From Asterionella formosa (Eukaryota), in assembly GCA_002256025.1 (NCBI GenBank), contig NKIB01000057.1:1-35627 (forward strand): DNA of 35,627 nucleotides. The letters run 5' to 3'. The notes under the pieces were generated by a model, which was not told the DNA's origin, searched no databases, and was given only the letters and a program-made list of their open reading frames with translations. Numbering within the stretch: the first letter of the stretch is position 1; each line of letters opens with the position of its first letter. Position numbers and translations under genes: made by a program. Shown here in pieces: positions 23,169-34,746 of this stretch.

Positions 23169-23673
23169 AGCTTTCCATTCTACATCCTCCTTATCAACGT
23201 CTTTATTCCTAGACTCTCCGCAAATAGCATCGCAGGTTTTGACATTGTGTCCTTCTTCCTTTTTTTAAAAGCCAGCCACTAGAAGACTTTTTATTATGAT
23301 CTGCTTCAAATGCTTTGGCAATTGACAAAGCTTTGCTTGTAGGATGGGACCACTAATTGGATATCCATTTGCGCGAGCAGTAAAAAACCATATACATAAC
23401 AATATGTTGATTTCTGTACCACTATTAAGGCAAGCCATTTTCATTGATTGCATCGATTCTCCTTTTATCAGTAAGGACTCCTTCCTTTTTTTGAACAGTT
23501 CTAATGCTTAGGGCAAGTTTAAAAGTAGCTTCTCGAGCACTATTTCCTTCACCCAGAAGCTTTATTGCTGCTAATTTTTTATCAAATGAAACACTTTTAC
23601 ATATTAAGTTCATTTCCGAGATGCTCTTCACAACAGTTCCTTCCATTCCCAATGTTGATGATGCCTGCATCAT
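23169..23673 (-). pseudogene. pogo/Tigger transposase N-terminal CENP-B-type HTH domains (frameshifted)
   Basis: SVSFDKKLAAIKLLGEGNSARE.., WFFTARANGYPISGPILQAK, SGWL, and HNVKT..ICGES..VDKEDVEWK. Confidence 0.88.
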
Positions 23674-24222
23674 GGAGATTGAAATGAGTGAAAGAATAGA
23701 AGCAAATGGACAAGAAACGATCGAGGTCCCTTTTAGTTAAGTATAAACTAAAAATTATTTTAAAAGCTGTCATCATTTACACGAGGTATCACAAGTGATA
23801 GTACCAACAGATCATTACTAAGCAAGATGACGTGGTATGTTTCTACTATACTGACGCTTCTATTACATGCGTAAGCAACTGGTACTGAAGACTGTCAGTG
23901 CACAGTGATTTGAGATTAAAAAAACAAATCAAAACAAGGAAAAAACTACTGGCTTAAACTGAGTGCAGACTGTGCAGCGCTCGTTTTTATCTTATACAGA
24001 GGTCAGAACAACCAATTTTTCAGCAAAAGTGCATCCAAGTGGATCTAATGGAGAGGCTGTATCTTATAGAGAGTGTCACTTAAAAGGATAACCAAATTTG
24101 GGGTGCTTCATTGAGAATTTTTTTTATGGAGAGGGTGTATCCTCGAGGGAGTGTATCTCATATCGGAGGTTCCACTGTACCGTATATGGTGCAACTTCAG
24201 ATACGTATATACCGGTATGTAT

Positions 24223-24410
24223 GTCAGAGTGTGTCTACTAGGCTGTTGATGTCGACAGGTGTCCGAAGACTAGATGTACTAGTCTGAGGAATGTCTAAAC
24301 GGAAATAGACAAGATTTATATAGCAGAATAATATGCTGATGAGCAGCATGAGAGAGATCTTGACCGGTCATTCCAGGGCGGTACTGGAGCGTGGTAGAAG
24401 AGGCGCCATA
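24223..24410 (-). repeat. Inverted copy of 1430..1632
   Basis: Reverse-complement alignment; lacks the 13-nt cctggtaccggta present in copy 1. Confidence 0.85.
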
Positions 24411-24671
24411 TACCTCAAGATACTATGTGCACCCCAGCATATGATATACCGGTATATACCGGTTCATATTTAGTATTCCCTCGCCCCAAAAACACTTGTT
24501 GCATCGATAATTCAAATTTCCCTGGGGCCATCATTTTGAAGACTATAACTTTCTCTGGCTCAATTGCCCTACATATTGTGCGGGTTGCTCTAGACGCTAA
24601 AGATACATGCATATAATATAACTACATAGCAAGATTAAAATTGGCAAGCACTCCGGAGTACATACTGTTAA

Positions 24672-25270
24672 AGTTGCAGCCCTGCAGTCACAGATTGCGA
24701 GGTCCTTTTTTCCCAAAATATTAAAATGATGTACCTCAATCCACATATTATGTACAACAAAATAAAATGGTTAAAGTTATAATTAGATTTCACCAATATG
24801 ACCACTTTGCATATGCTTAGATACATTTATTGCTCAAATTAGGGGCATGTTCTATATTCAGATATGGTATCTGGAGAGAAAGTGCAATTCTGTATCATAG
24901 ATTTGTAACTATCCCAAAAACAGTCAAAAAAGGGGGCTATCAAGCTTTAAAAAAATCTACAATACATAACTGCACTTTCTCTCCAGAAGTAAATCCTGAC
25001 GTTATAGGTTACACGGCTATCTATTTTTATCTTCATGAGACCCCATTGATGTGTGTAGTGCAATCGTCCACCAAAAAGTCGACCCGATAGGCTTTTTCAA
25101 CAGTCGCAAATATTGGAATCTGAATTTGTACATGCGAAAACATTCTTGTAGATATAGGAGTCTTGCATATGTATGTTTTGCTGCATAATTCTCAGTCCGA
25201 AAAGACTCCTGGGTAAGTTGCCACATCACATCACATATTCTGATTGGTTGAATTGAATTTACTTACCTGC
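24672..25270. mobile_element. Terminal ~600 bp of a diverged Kolobok-family element
   Basis: Begins ttaa|ag. Patchy co-linear similarity to 25649..26245: tttcaccaatat..catatgcttagataca..caaattaggg..atctgg.gagaaa.tgca; ccaaaaa.tcgac; atatt.tgattggt..ttacttacc. Confidence 0.65.
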
Positions 25271-26243
25271 TCCACATTGGCTGTAGTATTCCGGTCTTGT
25301 AAAATCATGCCAGCCAAACTTGAACCAAACGTATTAGATGTAAAGTATACCGGTAGGTAAAATCAGTACTACTGATAGTTTCATCCTGTCTTTCATCATC
25401 ATGAATGAAGATTATGAACTACCGGGATACCGGTACTCTGGTACTTTGGTAATGATTTATACATATACGTTTGTAAATGGAGCAATGTCAAACTTACATT
25501 CAGCAACAATATAATGAATAAACACGAACCAAGAGCATGTTGGCATACCGATACTCCTTTTTATATACCGGTATGTGTTTTGGCATTGAGCAAAATCATT
25601 CAGCAACCTAGATATGGTACAAACAATTAAATATCATTGTTTGTTTAAGGTTCCTGCATTTGAACCCCTAGCTCGAGGTAGGGTTAAAAAATAATATTGA
25701 GTCAGAGTAGTCAAACTTACACTTCTTCGCCAAAAACGTAAATGTATATCGCTAAACGGAGCTTTCACCAATATACACCCTTTTCATATGCTTAGATACA
25801 GTCTTCTGACAAATTAGGGTTATAGGTCAACGCTGTATATCGTCAGGATATACTAGGATCTGGCGAGAAACTGCAGAAAGGAACTTCTTTTTTTTTAACT
25901 ATGCTGAAAATAGTGGATTTTATCGGGCCAACTCGTTTATTTGGCCTTTTTGCAGTATCTCGCCGAAAGTTAACTTCTGGGGCTATATGAAGATTTCCTA
26001 TGTACTTAACTCTTCTTCAAACCCTGCCAACGTTGAGCTATTGTCGTCCAAAAATCGACAATATCGGCCTTTTCAACGGTCACCAAAATGTAAGAATCAG
26101 AATCACTAATTGCCGAAACGTCATCATCGGAATAGGAGTCTTGTGATTCGATTTTTCGTCCTACAATCGCCTGTACAAAAAATTCCATTGTAAGTGCACG
26201 TTTCACTATAAATATTTTGATTGGTCAAGTTCAATTACTTACC

Positions 26244-27938
26244 GACAATTGATTCGCCTTGCAGCATTAACCATTCGTATAAATTTTTTTCCTTTTCCTT
26301 GTCATGATATTCTCCGTTACTAACCATTTTTCCTGCTTTTAAAGGGCACCATATCTCAGAGCAGTAATCGTGGCAGCCAAATAAATGGTTGATTGGTGCC
26401 TTGGAGGAAATACTAAATTCGGCCAGAGAGAGGTTCCGGTTTTTTTAAATCCAAGCGCCATAGTAAACTTTCAACCGGCGACAATCTGCTTTTGAGGGAC
26501 GCTCGAGGGAGACTGGGCCATTGGATTTCATAAAAGCTGGGCGGAGAAGGACCTGTACTCTGTGGGATGGGTCAGACAGAAATGTAGGTTCGGGTACAGT
26601 CAGTGGAAGGCATCCTTTATCCGGTTTTTTCAATCCTTTCAATGTTCTTGGCCATTGGAAGGATGGCTGCAGTTTCAATGACTCCTTATAGGACCACTTA
26701 GAAACAGCTCGAATAGTAGAATCATCATCACAGATGATTGTAGAGTAGATAACATTGTTTTTCATTACTGCATCAATCATCATTTCCACACCAGCATCTG
26801 GTTCCATTGCTTTTGAACTACCAGTTACATGATTCTTGGGACAAACATGTTCCTTGATTGGTTTCTTGTACCATATAGCCCTGTTGCACACATCACAGAA
26901 CTTAGATTTCACTTTGTAGTCTAGTATCTTTTTCTTGTAGCCGCCAATACAAAAAGCATGTCCACTTACAGAGTTGTACTTATTCCCGCTGGACCACTGC
27001 TGCCAGCCCATATCGTAACTAAGAGTGAGTTGAGGCATATTCAGTACAAACAAGCGATCCGTACCAGTCAGACTGTTCCACCACTGAAAATCACGTCCTT
27101 TGTCAGCCCAGTCTCCTCGTTCATGCACATTGAGTGTTAGATATATTTCCTCCTGACACACCTCTTTCATTGCAAGAGCGGTTGCAGTAACTTCAGCGTT
27201 TCCTATCAGTTCCTCTACTGCTACACCAAAGTTACCTTCCGTAGACCAAAATCCAAAGGTAAGTGGAAGATTTATTGCGGAGCAGATGATATCTGCATCT
27301 GCTGGTCCCATTCCGGCTTCGTGACAACCCAAAATAAACTGTTTGTTGATAGAAAAGTGTTTTGCTTCTATTGCGTTATTTCTTATCTTATCATTTCTGT
27401 CTCCATTGCTGTTGCTTCTTGCAGGCTCGAGTTTAGAAATCAGTTTCTGACAGGTCAAACAAGAGACTTTGAATTCGCTTGCCAAGCCGTAATTTTTGGT
27501 AGAGACAACAATCAACGGCTGTTTCATTGTTGAAATCGGAAAGTCAAGCACATCCTGCTCCAGAAATGATTCACATTGCTGTTCAATGGACAGCTTTTGT
27601 TGTCTATTTGATGTAAAGTAAGTTACAAAATCACGAAGTGATTGTTTGCAATCTTATTTTACACATTTATTAACACAACTTTTGCAATACATATCTTCCT
27701 GCAGAAATTTCGACAATGTATTATAGTCGATTATATGATTCGTGTTCAGTTGAGAGCAGTCTTTTTTAATTGATGATGATGTGATTGCTAGTTCAATTGG
27801 TGAAGTGGTTGTTATAGGGGGACAAAAAGGCATCTTAGAGGTCCACCAATTTTGATTTTCATCGGACGCTATATTTCGTCCTCCTTGACCACCAACACCA
27901 ATTTCGGAAATGAGACGGCTACCACTGGAATGTGGCAT
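26244..27938 (-). pseudogene. Kolobok-type ('Mutator-like') DDE transposase, single frame broken by two TAA stops (27654-56, 26445-47)
   Basis: CxxC pairs, SYDMGWQQ.SSG..YNSVSGH..IG..KILD..SKFCDVC..HVCPKNH..GSSKAME, ICDDDS and SDPSH. Past the second stop: HLFGCHDYCSEIWC. The 102 bp between the two track ORFs is open and in frame. Confidence 0.85.
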
Positions 27939-28114
27939 GATTTTGTCTTATAATAGTTGGTGTTGCTGTTTTTTATGGCTGGTTGATTCATTAGATTGTG
28001 TAAAAATATATTTGTCATTCATGCCACCTCCTTTCTAAATGGTTTTGAAACATCGTACGTAGGTGGATTGAAGTTCTTGATTTACTAATGAAATAAATGA
28101 AAATCTTAAAATCA

Positions 28115-28573
28115 CTAATCACTAATAGATTTAGAACATTTAGAACGTTTGGAAGTTGGTTTGAAACCAGTGTACACTTCGTTTGGGTCCTTGTTCTTCA
28201 AAAGAGATTGAACCCCCTTCAAACAACAGTCAGGAAGTTGCATCCGAACACCTTTTCCCAATGGACCACTGAAAACTCTGATTAGAAACTTGTACAGAAG
28301 ATTGCGGGCTCTTGATGCCGTAATGTCTTCATCCTTCAACCTGGTAAGAATGGATTCACCTTCCAGAAACTTCTCCACCAACTCTTCGACTTCATCCCAT
28401 TGGCACTGATATTCAGGGCAGCAAAAATCGCAGCATTCGCAGAAGATGCAATCCTCACATCCCTCCACATACGACTCTACAATCAAGTGGTCTTGGCAGG
28501 TAGGACAACTATCATGACTGCAGTTAAATTCATCATTACCATTGTCATCATTTTGATGTGTAATTTCGCTCAT
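28115..28573 (-). CDS. KolX-like accessory protein (P2X7 cytoplasmic ballast-like domain with Cys-rich N-terminus), 152 aa
   Basis: RARNLLYK..FSGPLGKGVRMQLPDCC..VQSLL..DPNEVYTGFK fits the R..Y....G.LG...R..LP.C....YTGFK signature. It lies inside Kolobok TIRs and the ORF is intact. Confidence 0.75.
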   Translation of the reverse strand: MSEITHQNDDNGNDEFNCSHDSCPTCQDHLIVESYVEGCEDCIFCECCDFCCPEYQCQWDEVEELVEKFLEGESILTRLKDEDITASRARNLLYKFLIRVFSGPLGKGVRMQLPDCCLKGVQSLLKNKDPNEVYTGFKPTSKRSKCSKSISD

Positions 28574-30449
28574 GGTTGATTGTTGCTTTTTTGTTTCTTA
28601 CCGGTAGTCATCAACAATATGTGCCATGCTGCCAGCTCGTCTGACACATATATGTTGATTGTATGATAGGGTATATGAACATTGAGCGATGGAGAATGTT
28701 TATGTATATATTTATTTAATTCGAAAAGGAATCTATGTATGTACGCACAAATTTCCAGTGATTCAAATATTTCAAATGGAATCACGTCATTCAAAATTAA
28801 CTCATAAAAATTCTTAGTTCCAGGGAATTTCGGCAACCCTAAGCAATATTTTAATTTTTGCCTAGGGGTTCAAATGCAAAAAACCTTAAAATGGAACTCT
28901 ATCAATCTGGCACCGATTCCTATTTAATTCAAATATTCAAATCGACACTTGAATCATGGGAATTCATAATAGGAAACTCCCTGTTCATGCCGTTTTAACA
29001 ACCCTAGTGACATTTTCTCCAAACTAGGGTTAAGCTGGGGACGCAACAATAATCTGAGTATTGGTATTCCGTACAGGCGACGTACGAGCCATGCCAGCGT
29101 AACCACCAGATTAGGTACATGTGTGAGTGCTAATAACAATGCACTCATGACAGCAATAGAATACCGGTACCAGGTACCAGCTACGGTAGTCATAATATTG
29201 TAGCTCACCTTTATTAAGCAGAAGCAGGTTCCTCTTAACACATGCGGCCGTTTCAAAATCCTTTTTGGGCTTTTTCGATTTCCACTTGCTTAGCTTCCGT
29301 AATGGCTATCTCGACCAAATGCAGATGCATGACCATTGACGACCCGTTCTTCGTCGAACGACGTACCTACCCGGTATGTATTTCTCAACACACATAAAAG
29401 GTAGAATATAACAGTAGAACAACGGCAACTTGACTTTCATAGTGGATTGTGTACCACCCATATGTACAAGTTGCGATGAGGATGCGAGGGAAGAAATCGA
29501 TGGTATGCTCGTTTTGATCAATCAGAACTGTTAAATATCTGGCGCAATGGTCGATGTATGTGTATCAAACGTTGAAAGTGGGTAAAACCACTATTGTTCT
29601 CTTCACATTATAATTTTGATACTGAATTTGTGTTGTTCCGTTTCCCGCAAATATTTGGGTGGCCGGCCGAAATAGAACATCATTTGGCGAAATGTTGATA
29701 ATCTAAATGAATATATTTATTCTTCATGCGTTCCGAATATTTTATTTAAATATAATTTATTTGATTATTCATTGCAAGCTTATAGTCACGTCTAAATTAC
29801 TCATAAGAAACAGATCTTAGATCTTCCGAGTAAGCCGACCCTCAAGTGGAAATTTGGAATATAGTAATCCGTCCTAAAATTTGCTGCTCGGCACTGAGTG
29901 TTCCGATAATCGATCCAAGTGTTATCGGACAGAGGAGTAACAATTTGATGCCTACCGGTACCGGTGTTGCTTTCCCAACAATTGTCAAGGGGGTGTTTTG
30001 TACCAGGCTCACCACAGTAGATCATACCAGTAGAAGAGCGCACAGGGAGGGGAGGGGGGTTGATAGACTCGCTGGACTCGTTGGTTATTCTGGATATCTT
30101 TGAATATGAGAAGAGCTGGACTACCCCGGCAGCTGTTAAATGCATAGATTTTTGTCTACGTAAAATATTCGGTAGAAATAGGTATATGAATATTTGAAAG
30201 TTTGAATAGATCTTATATATGATTCGTAACTATATGTTATGTATATCCACATCAACTTCGAACTTCTTAAACACTTGCCTGCCATAAACCACCTCTAAGG
30301 AGTGTTTTGATCTCGCATGCAGGCGCACTACCGGTAACACACTTGAGGGATTATGAAGCAATCCAGTTCATGCAACATATTGGTTGTCGGAGGTAATTAG
30401 ATCCCTTTGAAAGTCTGATTGAACTTTGAGAGGCACCGACGAAGAGCCC

Positions 30450-33443
30450 ATGAGCGCATTTTCTCGAAATTATGTGCTCCTTGCTGCGGCATATGCAATT
30501 GGTTTGGTTAGTCAAGGAGAATGCAGTTCGACGGATCCAGTCTCTTTCATACCGCGTAGAGGACGTAGAGACGTAAGTTCCAGTACTAGAGGTACTGAAA
30601 ATTCATACATCCAATCGTCGCGTGGAGGCGATGGCCCGGAAGAAAGTAGCATCTTTGACGTAGATTTCTACGATGACACCAATTCACGATATGCCGATGA
30701 GCTTGAGGATGTTGTTGATCGTTACGACTTCGACGACGGGGCCTCCTTTGACGATGTGCATCAGGGATACGGAGAAGTCAACCGTGAGGATTATCAGGAA
30801 TCTGACGAAATGCAACCCGGAGGAAAAGATGCTCTATACAAGGCGTATAACGAGCTGCATACGGTTGCACAAGGTAGGTTTGCAGGTATCTATGATGTTT
30901 TGAGTGGTTTTGTGTGCACTAATATCTCGTCTTGACAAACAGAATTCAGCAAGCCTTTTGATGCACCGGCTGTAGTAGTTGTTGGTCATCAATCCTCAGG
31001 GAAATCAGCTCTAATTGAGGCTCTAATGGGTTTCCAATTCAATCAAGTCGGCGGGGGTACAAAGACGCGGCGACCCGTGGCCTTGCGAATGCAATACAAT
31101 CCACGGGAAAGCGAACCGAAATGCTTTTTGCTCGGAGAAGACGGGGTTGAGCGTCCAATGTCGCTACAAGGAATTCAGGACTACATTGAAAAAGAGAATC
31201 ACAAACTGGAACGAGATCCGACGAGATCGTTTGATTCTCGAGAAATTAATGTCCGGGTAGAGTATAAATATTGTCCAAACATGATTCTTATCGATACACC
31301 AGGTCTGATTGCTGCTCCTAAGGTACCTCAAGGGCGGAACGGCGCCGGATCTGCATTTTCGCAGCAACGAGCTCTCGTTGCGTCTGCTCGTGAAGCTGAA
31401 CGCCTAGTGGTTGAAAAAATGCGCTGCCAGGACTATCTCATTCTATGTGTGGAAGACACCAGTGACTGGAAGCATGGTGCGACAAGAGAAATTGTACAAA
31501 AAGCCGATCCTGACTTATCACGAACGGTAATTGTAAACACCAAATTCGACACAAAGATACCGCAGTTTGGAACGCCCTCAGACATCGAAGACTTCCTTCG
31601 TGCAAGTATTCTGGACAGGATCTCTCCTCACAAGCTCGGAGGGCCATTTTTTACTTCCGTCCCCAGTGGCCGTGTTGGTCGCCAAGAACTAGATGGTGAA
31701 AGTGGTGATTTCCTTTACACGAACGACGATGATTTTGTTGCCGAATGCGGGGAGAACGAAAATAACGATCGAACTGTTGTCGCGTCAAAGTTACGACGAA
31801 TGGGAAAAGCCGGGGAAGTAGCTAACGCCGGATTGTCTGGCAGAATAGGTCTAAGCAGACTTCGTGGATTTCTGGAGCAACGTGTTGACGAAAGCTACAG
31901 GCGGAACGTAGCAAAGATCATCCCAGTGCTTCAATCAGAATACGTTGCGGCAGAACGTCGCCTGCGAGCTTGCGAGAAGGAATTAGATTCGTTGTCGGTT
32001 GAGAGACTGAAAGCTGGAGCAGACGCTTTTTGTGACGAGTTTTGTAATCTCCTCAGAAAAGCGCTACAAGGGAGCATTATTGCACCCGCCAATGTATTCG
32101 GAGAAACGCTGTCCCAAGAGACTGGTGCCGCAGGATCATTTCATGGTAAGCCCCCAATTCAGGTTTTTTGGTAAATCACTTGGCATGTACTCAAATCGTT
32201 GTTCGTCGCCGCTTAGATGTCAACAATTGCCCTATGTCTGTTTCCGATCGAACATGGGATCGACTAGTGGAGACTGAAGTTGGTCACAATGAACATCGCC
32301 TTTATGGGGGGTCACAGTACCACCGAACACTTCGTGAATTTAATTTGGCCACGAAATGCCTCAGACTGCCAACTATCAGCGAAGACGAGATCGCGAATGC
32401 TGCCGGAGTCGGCACCTCGCACGATGGAGTCAATTTCTTACACGCTGCCTGCGTTATCGCGCTTGAGAAGGCACGCGTGTCATTCGAGCCACTGCTTGAA
32501 GCGTTAAGGGTTCGTGTGACGCACGTTATGGAAAGACTATGCCCTGTTGCTGAGTATATGCTCCGCGAGAACGAAGAAAGAGAAAAAGCAGCAACTTCGT
32601 CATATAATTTCATGGACGACGAAAGGGATCAAGAAAGTGTTGGATCTTCCAATCGCGCAACTGATATTTCGCAGAATCCGCAGTTCCGGCAGCTCGTGCG
32701 GCGAATATTCGACAAGTTTGTTCAAAAGTGCTCCAATGCGGTATGTTAGTTGGTATTGATTTGCTGCATTTGCGCTAGTACTGTCTGACAATTTTCGCCT
32801 TCCACAGTCATTGTCGAAATGTCGAGACGATTTAATTTCTATAACTCGGTACGTTACATGGAATCTTGACGAACGAAGTAGTGGGGCCCTGCGACGATCG
32901 TTGCCCGACAAGACTGATTTGGTTGCAGTCTATCAAGTTGCAGTGCAAGCTTCCAAGAAAGCAGAGAGCGACAAGGAATCAGGTAGTTTGACACGTTCCC
33001 AACAAGTGTTAACTCCCATTCCGGATGAGCGACGGAATGAGGACCGCGATTACTTTAATCTCCTGCAACTCATGGAAGAAGCAGTGTGCTCTCGAGATGC
33101 AAACCGTACTAACCTTGTTGTTGGTGGGCTTGTGCAGCATATTGTATCTCAGTGGCGTGAACAATTTGGCAGAACAGTCACAATGAAGTTCAACTGCTAC
33201 TTTATGCTTCCATTTGTAGACGATTTTCACAAATTTATGAGAAAAGAATTGCAGAATGTGTACGAAGGAGAAGGTGATCTTAATGATGTCTTCAATCTGA
33301 ATTCGGCCAGAAAGGCTTTGGAACAAAGCCGCCAAGAGTTGGTTAATGAATGTACTGCCAACAAAAGGCTGCAAGAAAAGTTTGATGCCATTGCTCGTAT
33401 GATGCGCAAGCAGCAGGGTATACAAAACAATGATTTCCAATAG
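30450..33443 (+). CDS. ARC5: Plastid-division dynamin-related protein ARC5/DRP5B; 4 exons (30450..30873, 30943..32145, 32217..32740, 32808..33443)
   Basis: LYKAYNELH..AQ/EFSKPFDAPAVVVVGHQSSGKSALIEALMGFQFNQVGGGTKTRRP, DTPG, TKFD, PFFTSVPSGRVG, RLYGGSQYHR and KFNCYFMLP. Three in-frame GT-AG introns of 69, 71 and 67 bp. N-terminal signal peptide. Confidence 0.95.
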
Positions 33444-34194
33444 GATTGAATCTGTCCCTATTTCTCCTCAATATTGTTCCAATCGAAACTTTGGTCTGCC
33501 TGCCTGTGAGCTCATCCGATGATTGGTCCAACAAACAATGCTGTCTTTCAACCACATCTCTGTGTTTTCTGTGTTGGTTATCTCTTCTGTCTGTACAGCT
33601 TTGTTGCTACCACTACGTAATGGAATCATTCATCTCATGTTGAGTTTGAATAGTCATGATGACTCCCATGCACAAATCGTTGCATCCCCACACCTCAAGC
33701 CAATCTATGGAAACCGACGGTACTTCCCTGTCTTTATCATGTCATGGGTTCTATTTAAGAAAGCCATAACATTGATAACATGCTCTAAAATTCACCAAAC
33801 CTTATTTTCATCAGTTTTTAAAAGGATTGCTTTGCTATTAAAGATGGCCTAGTATTGGCCCCTTGCTAATGTTGCTGGTATTCTTATTCAGACTTCTCGA
33901 TAGCAGGATGAGCTGCATGTGAAACCTTAAATGACCTAACAGTGATTCGCAACTACTGTTATGAAAGTGTGTAATTGAGATTTGTTCAATGTAGGAAGGC
34001 TCTATTTACCAGGTAAACTACGTTACCAGTAGTGGATGGCAATAACGACATCTACATTCTGATTTGTTCATGACTCGACACCATGAATTTTCCTATCATG
34101 TTCCAGTATTACTAGCAAAGCAAGCTCACCAGCAGAAAAGAATAAAAAATAACTTCATAAAGTAGCATCAACTTTTACATTATATAACTATGTT

Positions 34195-34746
34195 TCAGTC
34201 CTGAGCTCGACACTCGGTGGACTGATTACTGTCGTCAGCGAAGTCAGAAATAGGGGGACCTCCACCTTCTTCTACCTCAACAGCTCTTCGACTAGCTTCG
34301 TTTCGAAGCTTTCTCTCTGACGCAGTCTTCTGCGCTTTGGCCAACTGCTTCTCTGACATGGTCGACTTCACATAATCAAATCTGGACGCAGTCAGTCCCG
34401 TGGCTTCCGTCAGGGGTTTGCCAATCCGTTCAACAAATGCCACCACAGCGCCAAGCGTACCGACAGTCCGATGCCACAGTTTTGTTTTCAAGGGCAATTC
34501 ATAACTGCCAGTGTCCCAGTAATATTCTCTGGGAATTGGAATAATCTTGCGGACAGCCCACTCAAGGGGATCCATTTTGGGGTCGTTCATGTCGACTTGA
34601 TAGAGTTGAAGTTCTATTGGGATGCCATCGTCGCGCGGCTGATCCTCCTCCTGCGAATCATTGCTACTTGAAGGCACGTCCAAAGATAGTCTAGATACCC
34701 CAGAGGAGTATTCTGCAATCCTTTCGTCGTCGTTCAGTCTTGTCAT
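34195..34746 (-). CDS. Hypothetical protein, ~183 aa
   Basis: Open ATG ORF with coding-like GC content and protein-like composition (acidic N-terminus, aromatic core REYYWD..KLWHR, TGLTASRFDYV, charged helix). Family not recognised. Confidence 0.65.
   Translation of the reverse strand: MTRLNDDERIAEYSSGVSRLSLDVPSSSNDSQEEDQPRDDGIPIELQLYQVDMNDPKMDPLEWAVRKIIPIPREYYWDTGSYELPLKTKLWHRTVGTLGAVVAFVERIGKPLTEATGLTASRFDYVKSTMSEKQLAKAQKTASERKLRNEASRRAVEVEEGGGPPISDFADDSNQSTECRAQD

Larger units (their letters stand above)
19478..24177 (-). mobile_element. pogo/Tigger-type DNA transposon, decayed, with two nested insertions
   Basis: TA-flanked imperfect TIRs: ta|cactggaatatccctataagatacac (19478) and gtgtatctcatatcggaggttccactg|ta (24177). 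Transposase remnants lie between them. Confidence 0.8.
25649..28885 (-). mobile_element. Kolobok DNA transposon (3237 bp), TTAA target duplication, GG...CC termini, ~23-bp imperfect TIR
   Basis: ttaa|ggttcctgcatttgaacccctag ... ctaggggttcaaatgcaaaaaacc|ttaa. Encodes a DDE transposase and a KolX-like ORF. Confidence 0.88.

Noticed and set aside
26445..27656. TAA readthrough or alternative genetic code in the transposase
   Set aside because: Intact host genes here end in TAA (ZNHIT2, plastid protein), so simple nonsense decay is sufficient.
28570..28836. Third Kolobok ORF (88 aa) overlapping the KolX start
   Set aside because: It has a TTG start, is AT-rich, has no recognisable motif, and contains a TACCGGTA scar-like motif.
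25649..28885. piggyBac or Mutator classification
   Set aside because: The TTAA TSD is followed by GG rather than CCY, and the protein is not piggyBac-like. There is no 8-10 bp TSD or long TIR as in Mutator. A KolX-like ORF is present.
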